A stretch of 64,000 nucleotides of DNA from Candidatus Poseidoniaceae archaeon (lineage in GTDB: Archaea > Thermoplasmatota > Poseidoniia > Poseidoniales > Poseidoniaceae): NCBI GenBank assembly GCA_965662895.1, contig CBFIJH010000010.1:1-64000 (forward strand), given 5' to 3'. The notes beneath the pieces are model-generated. The model was not told the DNA's origin. It did not search any database and worked only from the letters and a program-made list of their open reading frames with translations. The translations under genes were made by a program, and so were the position numbers. Positions 9,547 through 19,473 of the stretch are shown here, in pieces. Numbering within the stretch: the first letter of the stretch is position 1; the number at the start of each line of letters is the position of its first letter.

Positions 9547-10467
9547 TCACTCATCGTTTCCTTCACGACGCTTTTGGATGTATGTTGGAAGGTCCAAAGC
9601 AAACAAACCGCCTACGACAATAAAGACAAACAGTGTTCCAAGGGCGACTCCGTAGACCGATCCGAGTTCAACCGATTCACTGAGACGGGTCGCAGTATCT
9701 TCGGATAGGATACCAACAATCCATGGCAAAATCGTATTTGCTGAAAGTACAAGCGTAGCCAAAATTGTCGCAACAACAGGATTGACAATCAAGGAACGAT
9801 GGTATTTTCCAACAATCTTTTTTGGATTCATGACATAAACCTCGTTGGTGCGAATGCTCGTATCCAGCATCGAGTAACGGAGCACACCATTTGATAATTC
9901 GAAATACATGATGAGGAGTACGGAGTAAATGACAACCAGTGAGGCGAGAATTGTCGGGCTATCAGCGAGACCAAAGAGGTCATTAACACTGGTTTTTGAT
10001 GATGCAAATCGCATGATTGCGAGGATAAACAGCACATAGGAGCCAAGCATATAACGAGCATCACGTTGGTAGGCCCCCCAGAAACCAAGGCCAGTCGCCC
10101 CGATGATAATTCCAATCTGGAACAACAGGGCAAGGTCTGCACTACCGAGAAGCATGAACCAAATCGTTCCTTCAGGGGGCGAGATGATGTAGGTGAGAAG
10201 TGCAAGTCCGACGAGGATGACGTAAACACCGAGTTGCATGTTCTGAACGAACTTGTCCGGAGGAAGGAACTTCATCTTTGGAACAATCGGTCCACCGATG
10301 AGGCTTTCAATGAAGGAAGGCATTTCCAATTCAGGAATCGCATCTTTCGGAATTTCGGAGCCAATACCGGCTTGCCCTGCGATTTTCTTCCGGCTTGGAG
10401 CAGATGATCGAACCACTTTACCGTCGTAGAGATGCGCAGTGTCTGAGGATGGTTTTCGCATTGTCAT
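9547..10467 (-). CDS. multi-pass membrane protein (last gene of the MoxR cluster)
   Basis: About 6 hydrophobic segments; GAGGTGA Shine-Dalgarno upstream. Confidence 0.7.
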   Translation of the reverse strand: MTMRKPSSDTAHLYDGKVVRSSAPSRKKIAGQAGIGSEIPKDAIPELEMPSFIESLIGGPIVPKMKFLPPDKFVQNMQLGVYVILVGLALLTYIISPPEGTIWFMLLGSADLALLFQIGIIIGATGLGFWGAYQRDARYMLGSYVLFILAIMRFASSKTSVNDLFGLADSPTILASLVVIYSVLLIMYFELSNGVLRYSMLDTSIRTNEVYVMNPKKIVGKYHRSLIVNPVVATILATLVLSANTILPWIVGILSEDTATRLSESVELGSVYGVALGTLFVFIVVGGLFALDLPTYIQKRREGNDE

Positions 10468-10476
10468 CGTCTCACC

Positions 10477-11790
10477 TCAGAATCCTCGTGCACCCGCGAG
10501 TGCTGTTGAAAGGAGCATATCAGGCTCCCAATCCATAATGTTGACACCAAGTCCACGAAGTTCACCAATCAGGACATCACGTTCTGTCTTCATCACTTCG
10601 TATCCAGTTCGATCGAGACGCTTTGCATCAAATTCGAACTCAAGCGATGATGGTGTGAGAACGGTAACGTCGAAATCACGTGCACGGAAATCTCTCAAGG
10701 CGTTGACGATGGTTGGGTCATCTTCGAGATTGGACAAGAAGATGATTGGGCTACCCTTGTTGATGTGAGGTAGGATTCGATTAACAACGACTTGAAGTGG
10801 AATGTTTCCACGTGCTACAGCCCCAGCAAGTTTGGTGAGGATGACGTAGAGTTGCTTCTTGCCTGTGTCTCTGTCGACGCTTACGACTTCATCACCGTAC
10901 ACAACCACTCCGACAGAGTCGCGTCGACCCAAGAAGTACTTGGCAAGTGAGGCAGCTGCCCGAGTTGAATACACCAACGCATTTCTACTGACTGGTCCGG
11001 TTTCACTGACAGCTCGAGAATCGATGATAATGATAACATCGGATACAGCGTCGCGTTCACGCTCGTTGACCATCAGTTTACCCGAACGTGCATATGCACT
11101 CCAGTTGATGGCGCGGAACGAATCGCCTTCGAAATACTCTCGGAGCGAATAGAACTCCGAACCAGGACCAGGTTGTCGGATGTTGACCGCACCAGTGAAA
11201 ATCTTCGGCACACGAGACTTAACGAAGGTCTCTTTGAGATCCTCCATCTTCGGGAACACAAGGAAATCGTTGTAGACATGCATTTCCTTTTCCTTGTGGA
11301 ACAATCCAAATGGGTCTTGTATTCGTACAGCAACAGGACCTACGCTATAGAAACCTCGAAGGGGACACTCAAGCGTGTATTCGATGTAGGTCTCGCGACG
11401 AGGACCAAGTTCCATCAAAATGTAGTTGGAACCTTCCTTGATTCGCATGACTTCTGGAACGCGATCTCGAACTTCGAGAATCTTCGCAAGGCCAGAATTA
11501 TTCTGCATACGTAACGTTACCGTCAATTCACCGTCTTCGAAGATGCGTGAACCTGAGAGCTTGCGCATGGCGAGAACGCTGCCTAAGGCAACCCCTTCTT
11601 CACCTGTCCACTCATCGGCTCGTCGTCCGCTGGAGGCGACGTCAGCATGGCCACCAAACAAGGCAGCCCATGTCAGGAAGACAAAGATCACAACAGCAAT
11701 TGTGACCAATTGTGAATTCCTGAGCGTTAGGCCGAGAAGATACATGGCAACCGCCATGCTTCCTAGCATTGCTGATTTACGACTCCACAT
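10477..11790 (-). CDS. DUF58 family (vWA-like) protein
   Basis: DPFGLF, LVFP, GSEFYSLREYFEGDSFRAINWSAYARSGKLMVNE, DVIIIIDS; follows MoxR. Confidence 0.9.
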   Translation of the reverse strand: MWSRKSAMLGSMAVAMYLLGLTLRNSQLVTIAVVIFVFLTWAALFGGHADVASSGRRADEWTGEEGVALGSVLAMRKLSGSRIFEDGELTVTLRMQNNSGLAKILEVRDRVPEVMRIKEGSNYILMELGPRRETYIEYTLECPLRGFYSVGPVAVRIQDPFGLFHKEKEMHVYNDFLVFPKMEDLKETFVKSRVPKIFTGAVNIRQPGPGSEFYSLREYFEGDSFRAINWSAYARSGKLMVNERERDAVSDVIIIIDSRAVSETGPVSRNALVYSTRAAASLAKYFLGRRDSVGVVVYGDEVVSVDRDTGKKQLYVILTKLAGAVARGNIPLQVVVNRILPHINKGSPIIFLSNLEDDPTIVNALRDFRARDFDVTVLTPSSLEFEFDAKRLDRTGYEVMKTERDVLIGELRGLGVNIMDWEPDMLLSTALAGARGF

Positions 11791-11826
11791 CCGTGAACAC
11801 CTCTATTCAAGTATGATTCAACGATC

Positions 11827-12975
11827 TCAAACGGTAGGTACTGGAACTTCTCGTAGAATGCTTTGCATAACTTCGCCAGCCTCGAGACCCTTGATTTGGT
11901 GCTCAGGCTTGAGGATGATTCTGTGTGCAATCGCAAGTTCTGCAACCGACTTGATGTCATCAGGCGTCACAAAGTCACGACCGCGCATTGCGGCTGCTGC
12001 ACGACCAGTCTTGAGCAATGCTTGGGAACCACGAGGCGAGGAGCCAACAAGAACACGAGGATCTTCACGGGTGCGAGCAACGACTTCAACCATGTACATG
12101 CGAAGGGCAGGATCGACGTAGATGTCTTCACAAGCCTGTTGCATAGCGATAACACGTTGTGGGTCGGTAATAACGTCAACATCGACGGCGTCCTTACCAC
12201 GTGTGATACGTCGAGCGAGAATCTCGTCTTCATCAGCACGGTCTGGGTAACCGACACTCATCTTGAACATGAAACGGTCAAGTTGAGCTTCAGGAAGTGG
12301 GTAGGTACCCTCTTGCTCGACTGGGTTCTGTGTTGCCATAACAATGAACGGAGCAGGGAGTTTGTGCGTAACGGTACCGATGGTCACTTGCTTCTCTTGC
12401 ATAGCCTCAAGCAATGCAGCTTGTGTCTTTGGCGGTGCACGGTTAATCTCGTCAGCGAGAAGTAGGTTACAGAACAACGGTCCTGGCTTGAACGTAAATT
12501 CACCCTTCTTTGCATCGTAGATGTTGGTACCAGTAATGTCGGCAGGGAGCAAGTCAGGCGTGAATTGAACACGCTTGAAGTCACAACCGAGCGCGTCAGC
12601 GAACGTATTGGTCATCAATGTCTTCGCCAATCCAGGATAATCTTCGAAGAGAAGGTTACCGTTGGAGAGAATATTGATGAGAACGTTGTCGATGACGTGG
12701 CTCTTACCGATAATGACTTTCTGAACCTCAGCGCTGATCGCTTGTGCGATGGCGCCGACGGCGGAAAGTCGCTCACGGACTTCTGGGGTGCTTTGGTGCT
12801 TCGGCTGGGCCGGAGCGGCCGGTGCTGCAGGAGCGGCAGGCGCTGCTGGTGCTGCAGGTGCTACAGGTGCGGCTGGTGCCGCAGGCATAGGTGCTGCAGG
12901 TGCAGGTGGCGCTGGTGCCGCTGGCGCTGCTGGCGCTGGCGCGGGCGGGGCTGCTGGTGGTGCGGGGGGTTGCAT
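11827..12975 (-). CDS. MoxR family AAA+ ATPase with Pro/Ala-rich N-terminus
   Basis: EDYPGLAKT, RVQFTPDLLPADITG, LADEINRAPPKTQAALLEAMQE, ATQNPVEQEGTYPLPEAQLDRF. Confidence 0.95.
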   Translation of the reverse strand: MQPPAPPAAPPAPAPAAPAAPAPPAPAAPMPAAPAAPVAPAAPAAPAAPAAPAAPAQPKHQSTPEVRERLSAVGAIAQAISAEVQKVIIGKSHVIDNVLINILSNGNLLFEDYPGLAKTLMTNTFADALGCDFKRVQFTPDLLPADITGTNIYDAKKGEFTFKPGPLFCNLLLADEINRAPPKTQAALLEAMQEKQVTIGTVTHKLPAPFIVMATQNPVEQEGTYPLPEAQLDRFMFKMSVGYPDRADEDEILARRITRGKDAVDVDVITDPQRVIAMQQACEDIYVDPALRMYMVEVVARTREDPRVLVGSSPRGSQALLKTGRAAAAMRGRDFVTPDDIKSVAELAIAHRIILKPEHQIKGLEAGEVMQSILREVPVPTV

Positions 12976-12996
12976 GTCATTTTCCTCCTTTTTTCT

Positions 12997-14595
12997 TCAG
13001 TTTCCCCAACGACGAATCAATGGGATAATGTCCCGTAGTTCTTCGTTGGAATAAGATCTTGCCGAACTTACAAGTTCGACAAGGCGTGGGTCACGAACCA
13101 TCTGCATGATTTCAGCAGGGGTCTTTCGGGCGAATTCGTCCCGTGTGAGGTCGTTGAATTGCCGAACCTTTGAGAGAAAGGCCTCTCTGGTTCGGACTTG
13201 GTACAATGAACTGTCAACTTTGTTTGGACGTTCACGGAATCGGGTCAAATCAAAGACATGGCGCCAATTCTCCTTTTCTGGAACGACCATAATGGCGATA
13301 GCGAGGAGGGCAAACAAGTTGAGAATGATCAACCACTTGAGGTATGCGTCACTTGTCAAAAGAACGACTGCTCCAATGGCTTCTGTAAAGGGTTGTGTTG
13401 CAACGCTTGATATGTGGCGGCTTTCATCGAAAACGATGTTGAATTCATCGGTGTTTCTTGTAATTTGGAGCGACAATTCATCGTTGTCGAATTCCATCAT
13501 ATCCCGAATAAGCGCTCGGAAATACAGCTGGTTTCCTCTCCAAGCAGTGTCGCCTTGAGCAGCAAGGAGACCGTCAGGATCTGAATTCCAGCAGGTGTGG
13601 CCGTTTTCTTGGTACAGGTCAGAACCACACTGTTGTTTTCCAGTCAAATCTGCATCTCCAGCATCCCAGAGGTGGTTGGCGAAGACGGAATGGTCTGAGA
13701 CAAACACAATGCTTCCGGTAACAGAAACTTCTCCGTTGTTACCGTCGGACTTGGTATCGTATGCTTCGATGTTTGGATAATCAATTCGAACGATGAGGTC
13801 TGTTTTTCCTGTCTTTGGATTTGCGACGTTGTTGATGTCGAATCCAGAACGGGCAACGAAGGCTTGATCGCTTGCAGAGGCAAGGACATTGACGTCTCGT
13901 GTATCGTCTTCAATGTCCAGAACTTGAATGGCGGTTGGTGAGTGGAAAAGAACGGGCATCCGGCAGTTGTCGGTGACGCCTGAGGAGACCTCAGCCTCCG
14001 TACACGGTGTTCTTAGCGATGCCTCGTCCATGACATCGATATCTTCGCTTACTGATGCAACGGACCACAAGCGGGTTTCTTGCGGAGCGAGGCGAGCGCC
14101 GGTTTCATCGGTAACTTCGTAGAACCATTTTCCATCAGAAACCGGTGCATCGAAGTACAAGACGCCGAATTCTTCTGCGACTCGCTTGGCATTGGTTGAA
14201 TTTGCTGCAAGAATGACTTTACCGCCTTTTTCGGTGACGAAGTCATGAATGGCTTGTGCCTCAGCGGCATCGAATGGTTTCTCCGGTGCGGCGATAATTA
14301 GCATGGTTCGGTGAGGGTCTTGCCAATCGTTGACAAGCATCGGTGTCGACATTGTGTTGTAGATTGAATATTTCTCTCCGGTTTTCCCATCTTCGCTTTC
14401 TCCAAGCGTGTCTCGCATTTTCGAAAGTTGCTGATACTGATAGTCTCCATCAGCATCTCGAACGTACGGGGAAAAGACTGTTTCCTTGGATGAGGAAGCA
14501 AGAACAATGAGAACAGTTGAGAGGAGAATCGATACGACCAAACCCACCATGAGTTTCTTTTCAACAGAGAGTTTTGTTTTCTCTGTTTCAGCCAT
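12997..14595 (-). CDS. membrane-anchored extracellular protein, DUF4350-like
   Basis: N- and C-terminal TMs, IHDFVTEKGGKVILAA, GSIVFVSDHSVFAN, IVFDESRH; first gene of the MoxR/DUF58 cluster. Confidence 0.6.
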   Translation of the reverse strand: MAETEKTKLSVEKKLMVGLVVSILLSTVLIVLASSSKETVFSPYVRDADGDYQYQQLSKMRDTLGESEDGKTGEKYSIYNTMSTPMLVNDWQDPHRTMLIIAAPEKPFDAAEAQAIHDFVTEKGGKVILAANSTNAKRVAEEFGVLYFDAPVSDGKWFYEVTDETGARLAPQETRLWSVASVSEDIDVMDEASLRTPCTEAEVSSGVTDNCRMPVLFHSPTAIQVLDIEDDTRDVNVLASASDQAFVARSGFDINNVANPKTGKTDLIVRIDYPNIEAYDTKSDGNNGEVSVTGSIVFVSDHSVFANHLWDAGDADLTGKQQCGSDLYQENGHTCWNSDPDGLLAAQGDTAWRGNQLYFRALIRDMMEFDNDELSLQITRNTDEFNIVFDESRHISSVATQPFTEAIGAVVLLTSDAYLKWLIILNLFALLAIAIMVVPEKENWRHVFDLTRFRERPNKVDSSLYQVRTREAFLSKVRQFNDLTRDEFARKTPAEIMQMVRDPRLVELVSSARSYSNEELRDIIPLIRRWGN

Positions 14596-14722
14596 AATAT
14601 CACCTCATTTTGCGGCAAGCGCAGTATGTTCTTTTCTACGGAATCACGATACACACATAATGATTCTCCCTTGACGTTTAGTAGGATTTTTATGTCTCGG
14701 AGGACATTTTATCCCTTCCTAT

Positions 14723-15691
14723 TCAGTCAACGCCGAGGTGTTTTCGTCGAAGAAGAGCGACAATTCCAAGCACGCCAATCAGCGTTTGTGCACCAAGCGA
14801 AGGAAGGGCGGATGAATCATCCGAATCGGATGCTGATTCTGATGAGCTCGAACCGGAATCTCCGGAATTCGAATCTGTGCTCCCGCCCGATTCATCAACA
14901 TCAATACTGAACGACGTGCTGCGCTCCAAGCCGTTCCCTTCTGAAGTCACGACGATCGTGACATCACAAGTGCTGGATGAATGTGCAGTCGAAGGGGCAA
15001 TTCTGAAACTCACCTCAAATGGCTCATTCCCATTGAGACCTGTTGGTTGGATTTGGGTGTCTTGTCCTGCTTCAAGACCTTCGATATCGAGAAGTGGGCA
15101 ACTGCGAACATCGGCTTCAATTGTGGTCGCAGCATCGACAGTGTTGCCCATGTTGTTGAGAAGAAGGGTTTCTTCAATCCACGTCCCTGCATCAACGTTG
15201 CTTGCCACCAGTGTTACTTCTGGGAAGAGATTGTGATACCGAGGAACGTTGAGATTCGCATCGATTTCTTTCGGCGATACGGGAGCGCCTGCTGCGTTTT
15301 CTTCTGCGGTAACTTTGATGGTTATTTTCTCATTTGGATCATGACTTCGCACATCGTCTGCGCTCGATGTCAAAAGATTGATCGAGAACGTTTCGTTCGA
15401 TTGGGCACTGACTGTAATGGACTCTTCATAGGACGGTTCGAGGAAATCAATATCGCCATCAAATTCGACAGCAATCGTGAGACTGAGATCGTTGACTCGT
15501 GGGTTATCAACGAAGAAGACGAGCGTATCCTCGATTTTCCACTTTTCACCATCAAGAGCAAGATCGTAGCTCGGCTCGACATCAGAATCCCAACCAAATT
15601 CCCATTCATTGTTGCCAGGAAACTGCCCCGATGTTGATGGAAGCACAGCACTCACAAGAATCAGAAGAACCAAAACTGCTCCTCGTTTCAT
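14723..15691 (-). CDS. secreted cell-surface protein with C-terminal sorting-type anchor
   Basis: Signal peptide, acidic beta-rich body, S/D linker, then LPSLG + TM + RRK; ATGA overlap with the upstream gene. Confidence 0.7.
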   Translation of the reverse strand: MKRGAVLVLLILVSAVLPSTSGQFPGNNEWEFGWDSDVEPSYDLALDGEKWKIEDTLVFFVDNPRVNDLSLTIAVEFDGDIDFLEPSYEESITVSAQSNETFSINLLTSSADDVRSHDPNEKITIKVTAEENAAGAPVSPKEIDANLNVPRYHNLFPEVTLVASNVDAGTWIEETLLLNNMGNTVDAATTIEADVRSCPLLDIEGLEAGQDTQIQPTGLNGNEPFEVSFRIAPSTAHSSSTCDVTIVVTSEGNGLERSTSFSIDVDESGGSTDSNSGDSGSSSSESASDSDDSSALPSLGAQTLIGVLGIVALLRRKHLGVD

Positions 15692-16668
15692 GCTTCATCA
15701 CCAAGAATTTCTCGAAGACTACGCTTTGTGAGAACTCGGACCATCGATTTACGATACCTTGGAGGCAATGCAGTGTTGTTGACTGGTTTAACAGATTTCA
15801 TCACGGCTTCTGAAAGTGGATTGATCAACGTGCTGGAAAATGCTTCATCAAACGCATCAATCTCGGCTTGGTGCGATTTTGGAATTGATTCCAAAGCAGT
15901 CGATGCGATGCGTAGGGACGAAGGGGTGCCAGGAATCCATGACGAGGCCACACCGGCTTCAGGGAAATCCCAAGATTCCCGGATTCTCAGTTTTTTGTAG
16001 GACCCAATCCGATCTTCAACGCCCTCTGGGAATGTAACTTTGAGCACAAATTCACCGGTTTCAAGAACGTTGCGAGTTATGCCATCAAGCTGGAAGAATT
16101 CATCCACGGGGACCTCACGCTGCCCGTTTGGGCCAATAATGTGAATCGTTCCTTCCAGAACCATAAGTGATGGAGCAAGGTCGCCCTGATACGTTGCAAC
16201 ACAGAGCGTATTTTGATTCGGAATGACGCGGCAATCCGAGCCTGTTCCACAGTCCTCTTTGTGGCACCAATCGATTGATCGTCGCCAGTCTTCGCTTTGG
16301 TTGAACCAGAAACACCGCGTATCCAAACAGATGTTTCCACCGAGTGTAGCATTGTTTCGAATTAAGGACGAGGCGATTTTGCTTGCTGCCTTCGCAATGA
16401 GAGGATGAACTGCATCGGACGAGGTCAATGCTCCCAATCGAGCCATAGCACCGATTTCATGCATTGAAATCGTATCGATTCCATCGATTTGAGCGAGAGA
16501 TATAACGTGTTTCTTCACGTTGATGTGCCACTTGTAATTCGGCAACAGGTCGGTTCCTCCTGCAACCCAATCGAACGCTTCCTCATTTGCTAGGAAGGTT
16601 GCGGCAAGTTCGCATGCCTCCTCAACAGTTTTCGGATGATGCAAATTAAAAGGTGGCATCAGCATCAT
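15688..16668 (-). CDS. xanthine-dehydrogenase-family FAD subunit, HcrB-like with extra Cys-rich [4Fe-4S] insert
   Basis: AGGTDLLPN, ATLGGNICLDTRCFWFNQSEDWRRSIDWCHKEDCGTGSDCRVIPNQNTLCVATYQGDLAP, WDFP. Confidence 0.88.
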   Translation of the reverse strand: MMLMPPFNLHHPKTVEEACELAATFLANEEAFDWVAGGTDLLPNYKWHINVKKHVISLAQIDGIDTISMHEIGAMARLGALTSSDAVHPLIAKAASKIASSLIRNNATLGGNICLDTRCFWFNQSEDWRRSIDWCHKEDCGTGSDCRVIPNQNTLCVATYQGDLAPSLMVLEGTIHIIGPNGQREVPVDEFFQLDGITRNVLETGEFVLKVTFPEGVEDRIGSYKKLRIRESWDFPEAGVASSWIPGTPSSLRIASTALESIPKSHQAEIDAFDEAFSSTLINPLSEAVMKSVKPVNNTALPPRYRKSMVRVLTKRSLREILGDEA

Positions 16669-19469
16669 TGATCACCTTCCATCTGTCGTTGTTCTTTCTT
16701 CAACCAAGCCTTTCCTGCAAGACCGAGTTCTGCCAATTGTTCTGGAACTGGTTCAACTGCGGATTTCCATCCTTCAACCTGGTCCTCGAGTGGTTGATTG
16801 GGGTCAAATCCGAACAATACGCCGTTTACGTAAGCAGTGGTATCTTCGCTTCGTTGCCGGCGACGGTCCCGCTCTTTGTGCTCTGTACCACGTTCGACCA
16901 AGGTTGCTTGAAGAGGACTGTGCTCAAGTCGAGGCGTGGGCAATTCTGCCTCATCAATACCACCAAGTTCCTTGGTTTTCGCCGATATTGCTTTCCACAC
17001 AACGTCTGGTGTAAGCGGTAGGCTTCGAATTCGGACACCAATCGCATCGTAGACAGCGTTGACAACAGCCGGTAGAATCGGTAAGAGTGGTCCTTCGCCC
17101 GCTTCTTTTGCTCCGAATGGCCCTTCCGGATCGGAGGATTCGACAATGATTGGCGTCACGTGAGGCATTTCATGAACGGATGGAATTTTGTATTCTAGGA
17201 GATTTGGGTTTTGAAGGTGACCTGTTCGACCATACACCATTTTCTCCGAAAGCACCTGCCCCAATCCCATGTGACACGAACCAATAATCTGGCCTTCAAC
17301 TGCAAGCGGATTCAACGCTTTTCCACAATCGTGAGCAGCCCAGACATTCGTGCACGAGACCAAACCGGTTTCGACGTCGACATCGACTTCAGCAACATAC
17401 GCTGAAAAGGAATATGCAGGGGCGAGGCCAGCCGCAGCACCTTTGTGCACACCACCCATCGGTGGAGAGCGATATGCACCGCTCGAAATCAAGGAGCCTT
17501 TGTCCTCTTGTGCCTTGTGCAGTGCTTCAAGGTAGGAAACTCCAACGGCAGGGTCGTGTTTGTAATAGATTCGCCGATCGTTCAAGACCAGAACATCTGG
17601 GTGGTAACCCAGTATTTCCCACGCTGCGTTGAGAAGCTTTTCGCGAATGTCAAGCGCAGCACGAATTGCTGCATTTGCGTTCATGAAGGTGACTCTGCTC
17701 GAATAGGAGCCGAGATCTACCGGACTGGTATCGCTTTCGTGAGAACGGACGTGAATCATCTCAATTGGAAGTGCGAGGACCTCGGAGACAACTTGAGCCA
17801 CCGCTGTTGTCGAACCTTGACCGATATCAGCTGCGCCTGTATGAACAGTGACTCCACCGTCCATGTCAATTTGCATGTGAACTGTGGCATGAGGGAAACG
17901 GTTCGGGTCCCAGTGAATAGGAAGACCCGACCCTGAAATGAAGAAACCACAACCAATTCCTATGCCCTTTCCAAGAGGCAATTGACGGAATTTCTCATCC
18001 CAATTCGAACCTTCTCTCACTCGTTCAAGCGCCTCCCTCATCCCGTTTGAGGTGATGCGGAAACCTGAGATGGTTCGGCTGTGTGGTGGCAACAAGTTTG
18101 CAAGACGCAAATCGATGGGGTCAACCTGCATTTGTTCTGCCATTTCATCGAGACCCACTTCAACAGCACATCGCGTGTTGACTGCTCCATGGCCTCGCAT
18201 GGCTCCACTTGCAGGTTTGTTTGTCCAAACTCGAGCACCCGTGTAATGGAACGAACCAAGTTCATATGGAGCGGTTGCGAGAACGCCGTTGTAATAGGAT
18301 GTGACGTGTCCGAAGGAAGCAAAACCACCTCCATCGATCAATGCATCGATATCAAAGCCCGATATTCGAGCCTCTTCGTCAGCTGTCATCTTCACTTCGA
18401 TGTAACTTGGATGACGTCCACGATTAATCCAATAGACCTCTTCTCGTGTAAAGTTGATTCGAACTGGACGTCCTGCCTTTCGAGAGAGAATTGCAGCACA
18501 CATCTCGTGTGGGAATGGGTCCGATTTTCCACCAAAACCTCCGCCAACGAAGGTTCGAATGACGTTGATTTGATGCATTGGAACTTCAAGCACAGTCGAA
18601 AGTGCTCGATGCGCATAGTGAGGAACTTGCTGGGGCGTGTACAGTTGAAGTCGTCCGTTCGGGTCCCAATGAGCGACAACAGCATGAGGTTCTGTGAATC
18701 CATGATGGACACCCTCCATCCGCCATTTTCCATGCGATGATGCGGTTGGATCGTCAACCAAACTGCGATCACCAAATTCTTGGAAAACCCGCTTTTGGAC
18801 GTTGGTTGTACCGACGTGGTATTTTCCACGCCAGTGAATCGGTTCGTCTTGATCTTCAAGTCCTTTTCGCGGGTCGAAAATAGGATCGAGAACTTCCCAT
18901 TCAATTTCGAACAGATTGAGCGCTTCCATTGCAGTTGCCTCATCGATAGCTGCAACACATGCGACTAAATCCCCTACGTGACGAACTTTCTCAACCGCCA
19001 TTGCATGCTCGTCTTTGGTCACTGGAAGAACTCCGAACGTATTCGGCGCATCCGCTCCAGTGGCGACAGCTAAGACGCCCGGCAAGGCTTCAACTTTGGA
19101 CGTATCAATCGACTTGATCTTTGCATAATGATGCGGAGAACGTAGAATTTTTCCAATAATCTCATTCGGTAATCGAACATCATCCCCGTACCATGCTTGC
19201 CCTGTCACTTTGGCGTGCGAATCGACCAAAGCACGAGGCTTTCCGACTTCCGTTCCCGTTCGGTATCGGTCATGGATGTGTGAACCTGCGGGTTGGGGTT
19301 CTTTTCCTCCAACAGATTCAGGAATCGAGTCAAGGTCTCGAGGAGCCATGTTTGGTCGAGAACCTCCAGAACCAGGTGGCGGGAATTTCTGTTTCCCTGC
19401 AACACGCTTTCCATCCTTTCGGGTCTCACCCGAGGATGCGCCTGGCTGTTGTCGGTAACCCCCTGCCAT
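16665..19469 (-). CDS. xanthine-dehydrogenase-family molybdopterin subunit, HcrA-like
   Basis: KVTGQAWY, LRSPH, FGVLP, QVPHY, GGGFGGK, GAMRGHG, TGAADIGQG, GSYSSRVTFM, GPFGAKEAGEG; start placed at ATG 19469 after a GAGGTGA SD. Confidence 0.9.
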   Translation of the reverse strand: MAGGYRQQPGASSGETRKDGKRVAGKQKFPPPGSGGSRPNMAPRDLDSIPESVGGKEPQPAGSHIHDRYRTGTEVGKPRALVDSHAKVTGQAWYGDDVRLPNEIIGKILRSPHHYAKIKSIDTSKVEALPGVLAVATGADAPNTFGVLPVTKDEHAMAVEKVRHVGDLVACVAAIDEATAMEALNLFEIEWEVLDPIFDPRKGLEDQDEPIHWRGKYHVGTTNVQKRVFQEFGDRSLVDDPTASSHGKWRMEGVHHGFTEPHAVVAHWDPNGRLQLYTPQQVPHYAHRALSTVLEVPMHQINVIRTFVGGGFGGKSDPFPHEMCAAILSRKAGRPVRINFTREEVYWINRGRHPSYIEVKMTADEEARISGFDIDALIDGGGFASFGHVTSYYNGVLATAPYELGSFHYTGARVWTNKPASGAMRGHGAVNTRCAVEVGLDEMAEQMQVDPIDLRLANLLPPHSRTISGFRITSNGMREALERVREGSNWDEKFRQLPLGKGIGIGCGFFISGSGLPIHWDPNRFPHATVHMQIDMDGGVTVHTGAADIGQGSTTAVAQVVSEVLALPIEMIHVRSHESDTSPVDLGSYSSRVTFMNANAAIRAALDIREKLLNAAWEILGYHPDVLVLNDRRIYYKHDPAVGVSYLEALHKAQEDKGSLISSGAYRSPPMGGVHKGAAAGLAPAYSFSAYVAEVDVDVETGLVSCTNVWAAHDCGKALNPLAVEGQIIGSCHMGLGQVLSEKMVYGRTGHLQNPNLLEYKIPSVHEMPHVTPIIVESSDPEGPFGAKEAGEGPLLPILPAVVNAVYDAIGVRIRSLPLTPDVVWKAISAKTKELGGIDEAELPTPRLEHSPLQATLVERGTEHKERDRRRQRSEDTTAYVNGVLFGFDPNQPLEDQVEGWKSAVEPVPEQLAELGLAGKAWLKKEQRQMEGDQ

Positions 19470-19473
19470 GAAA

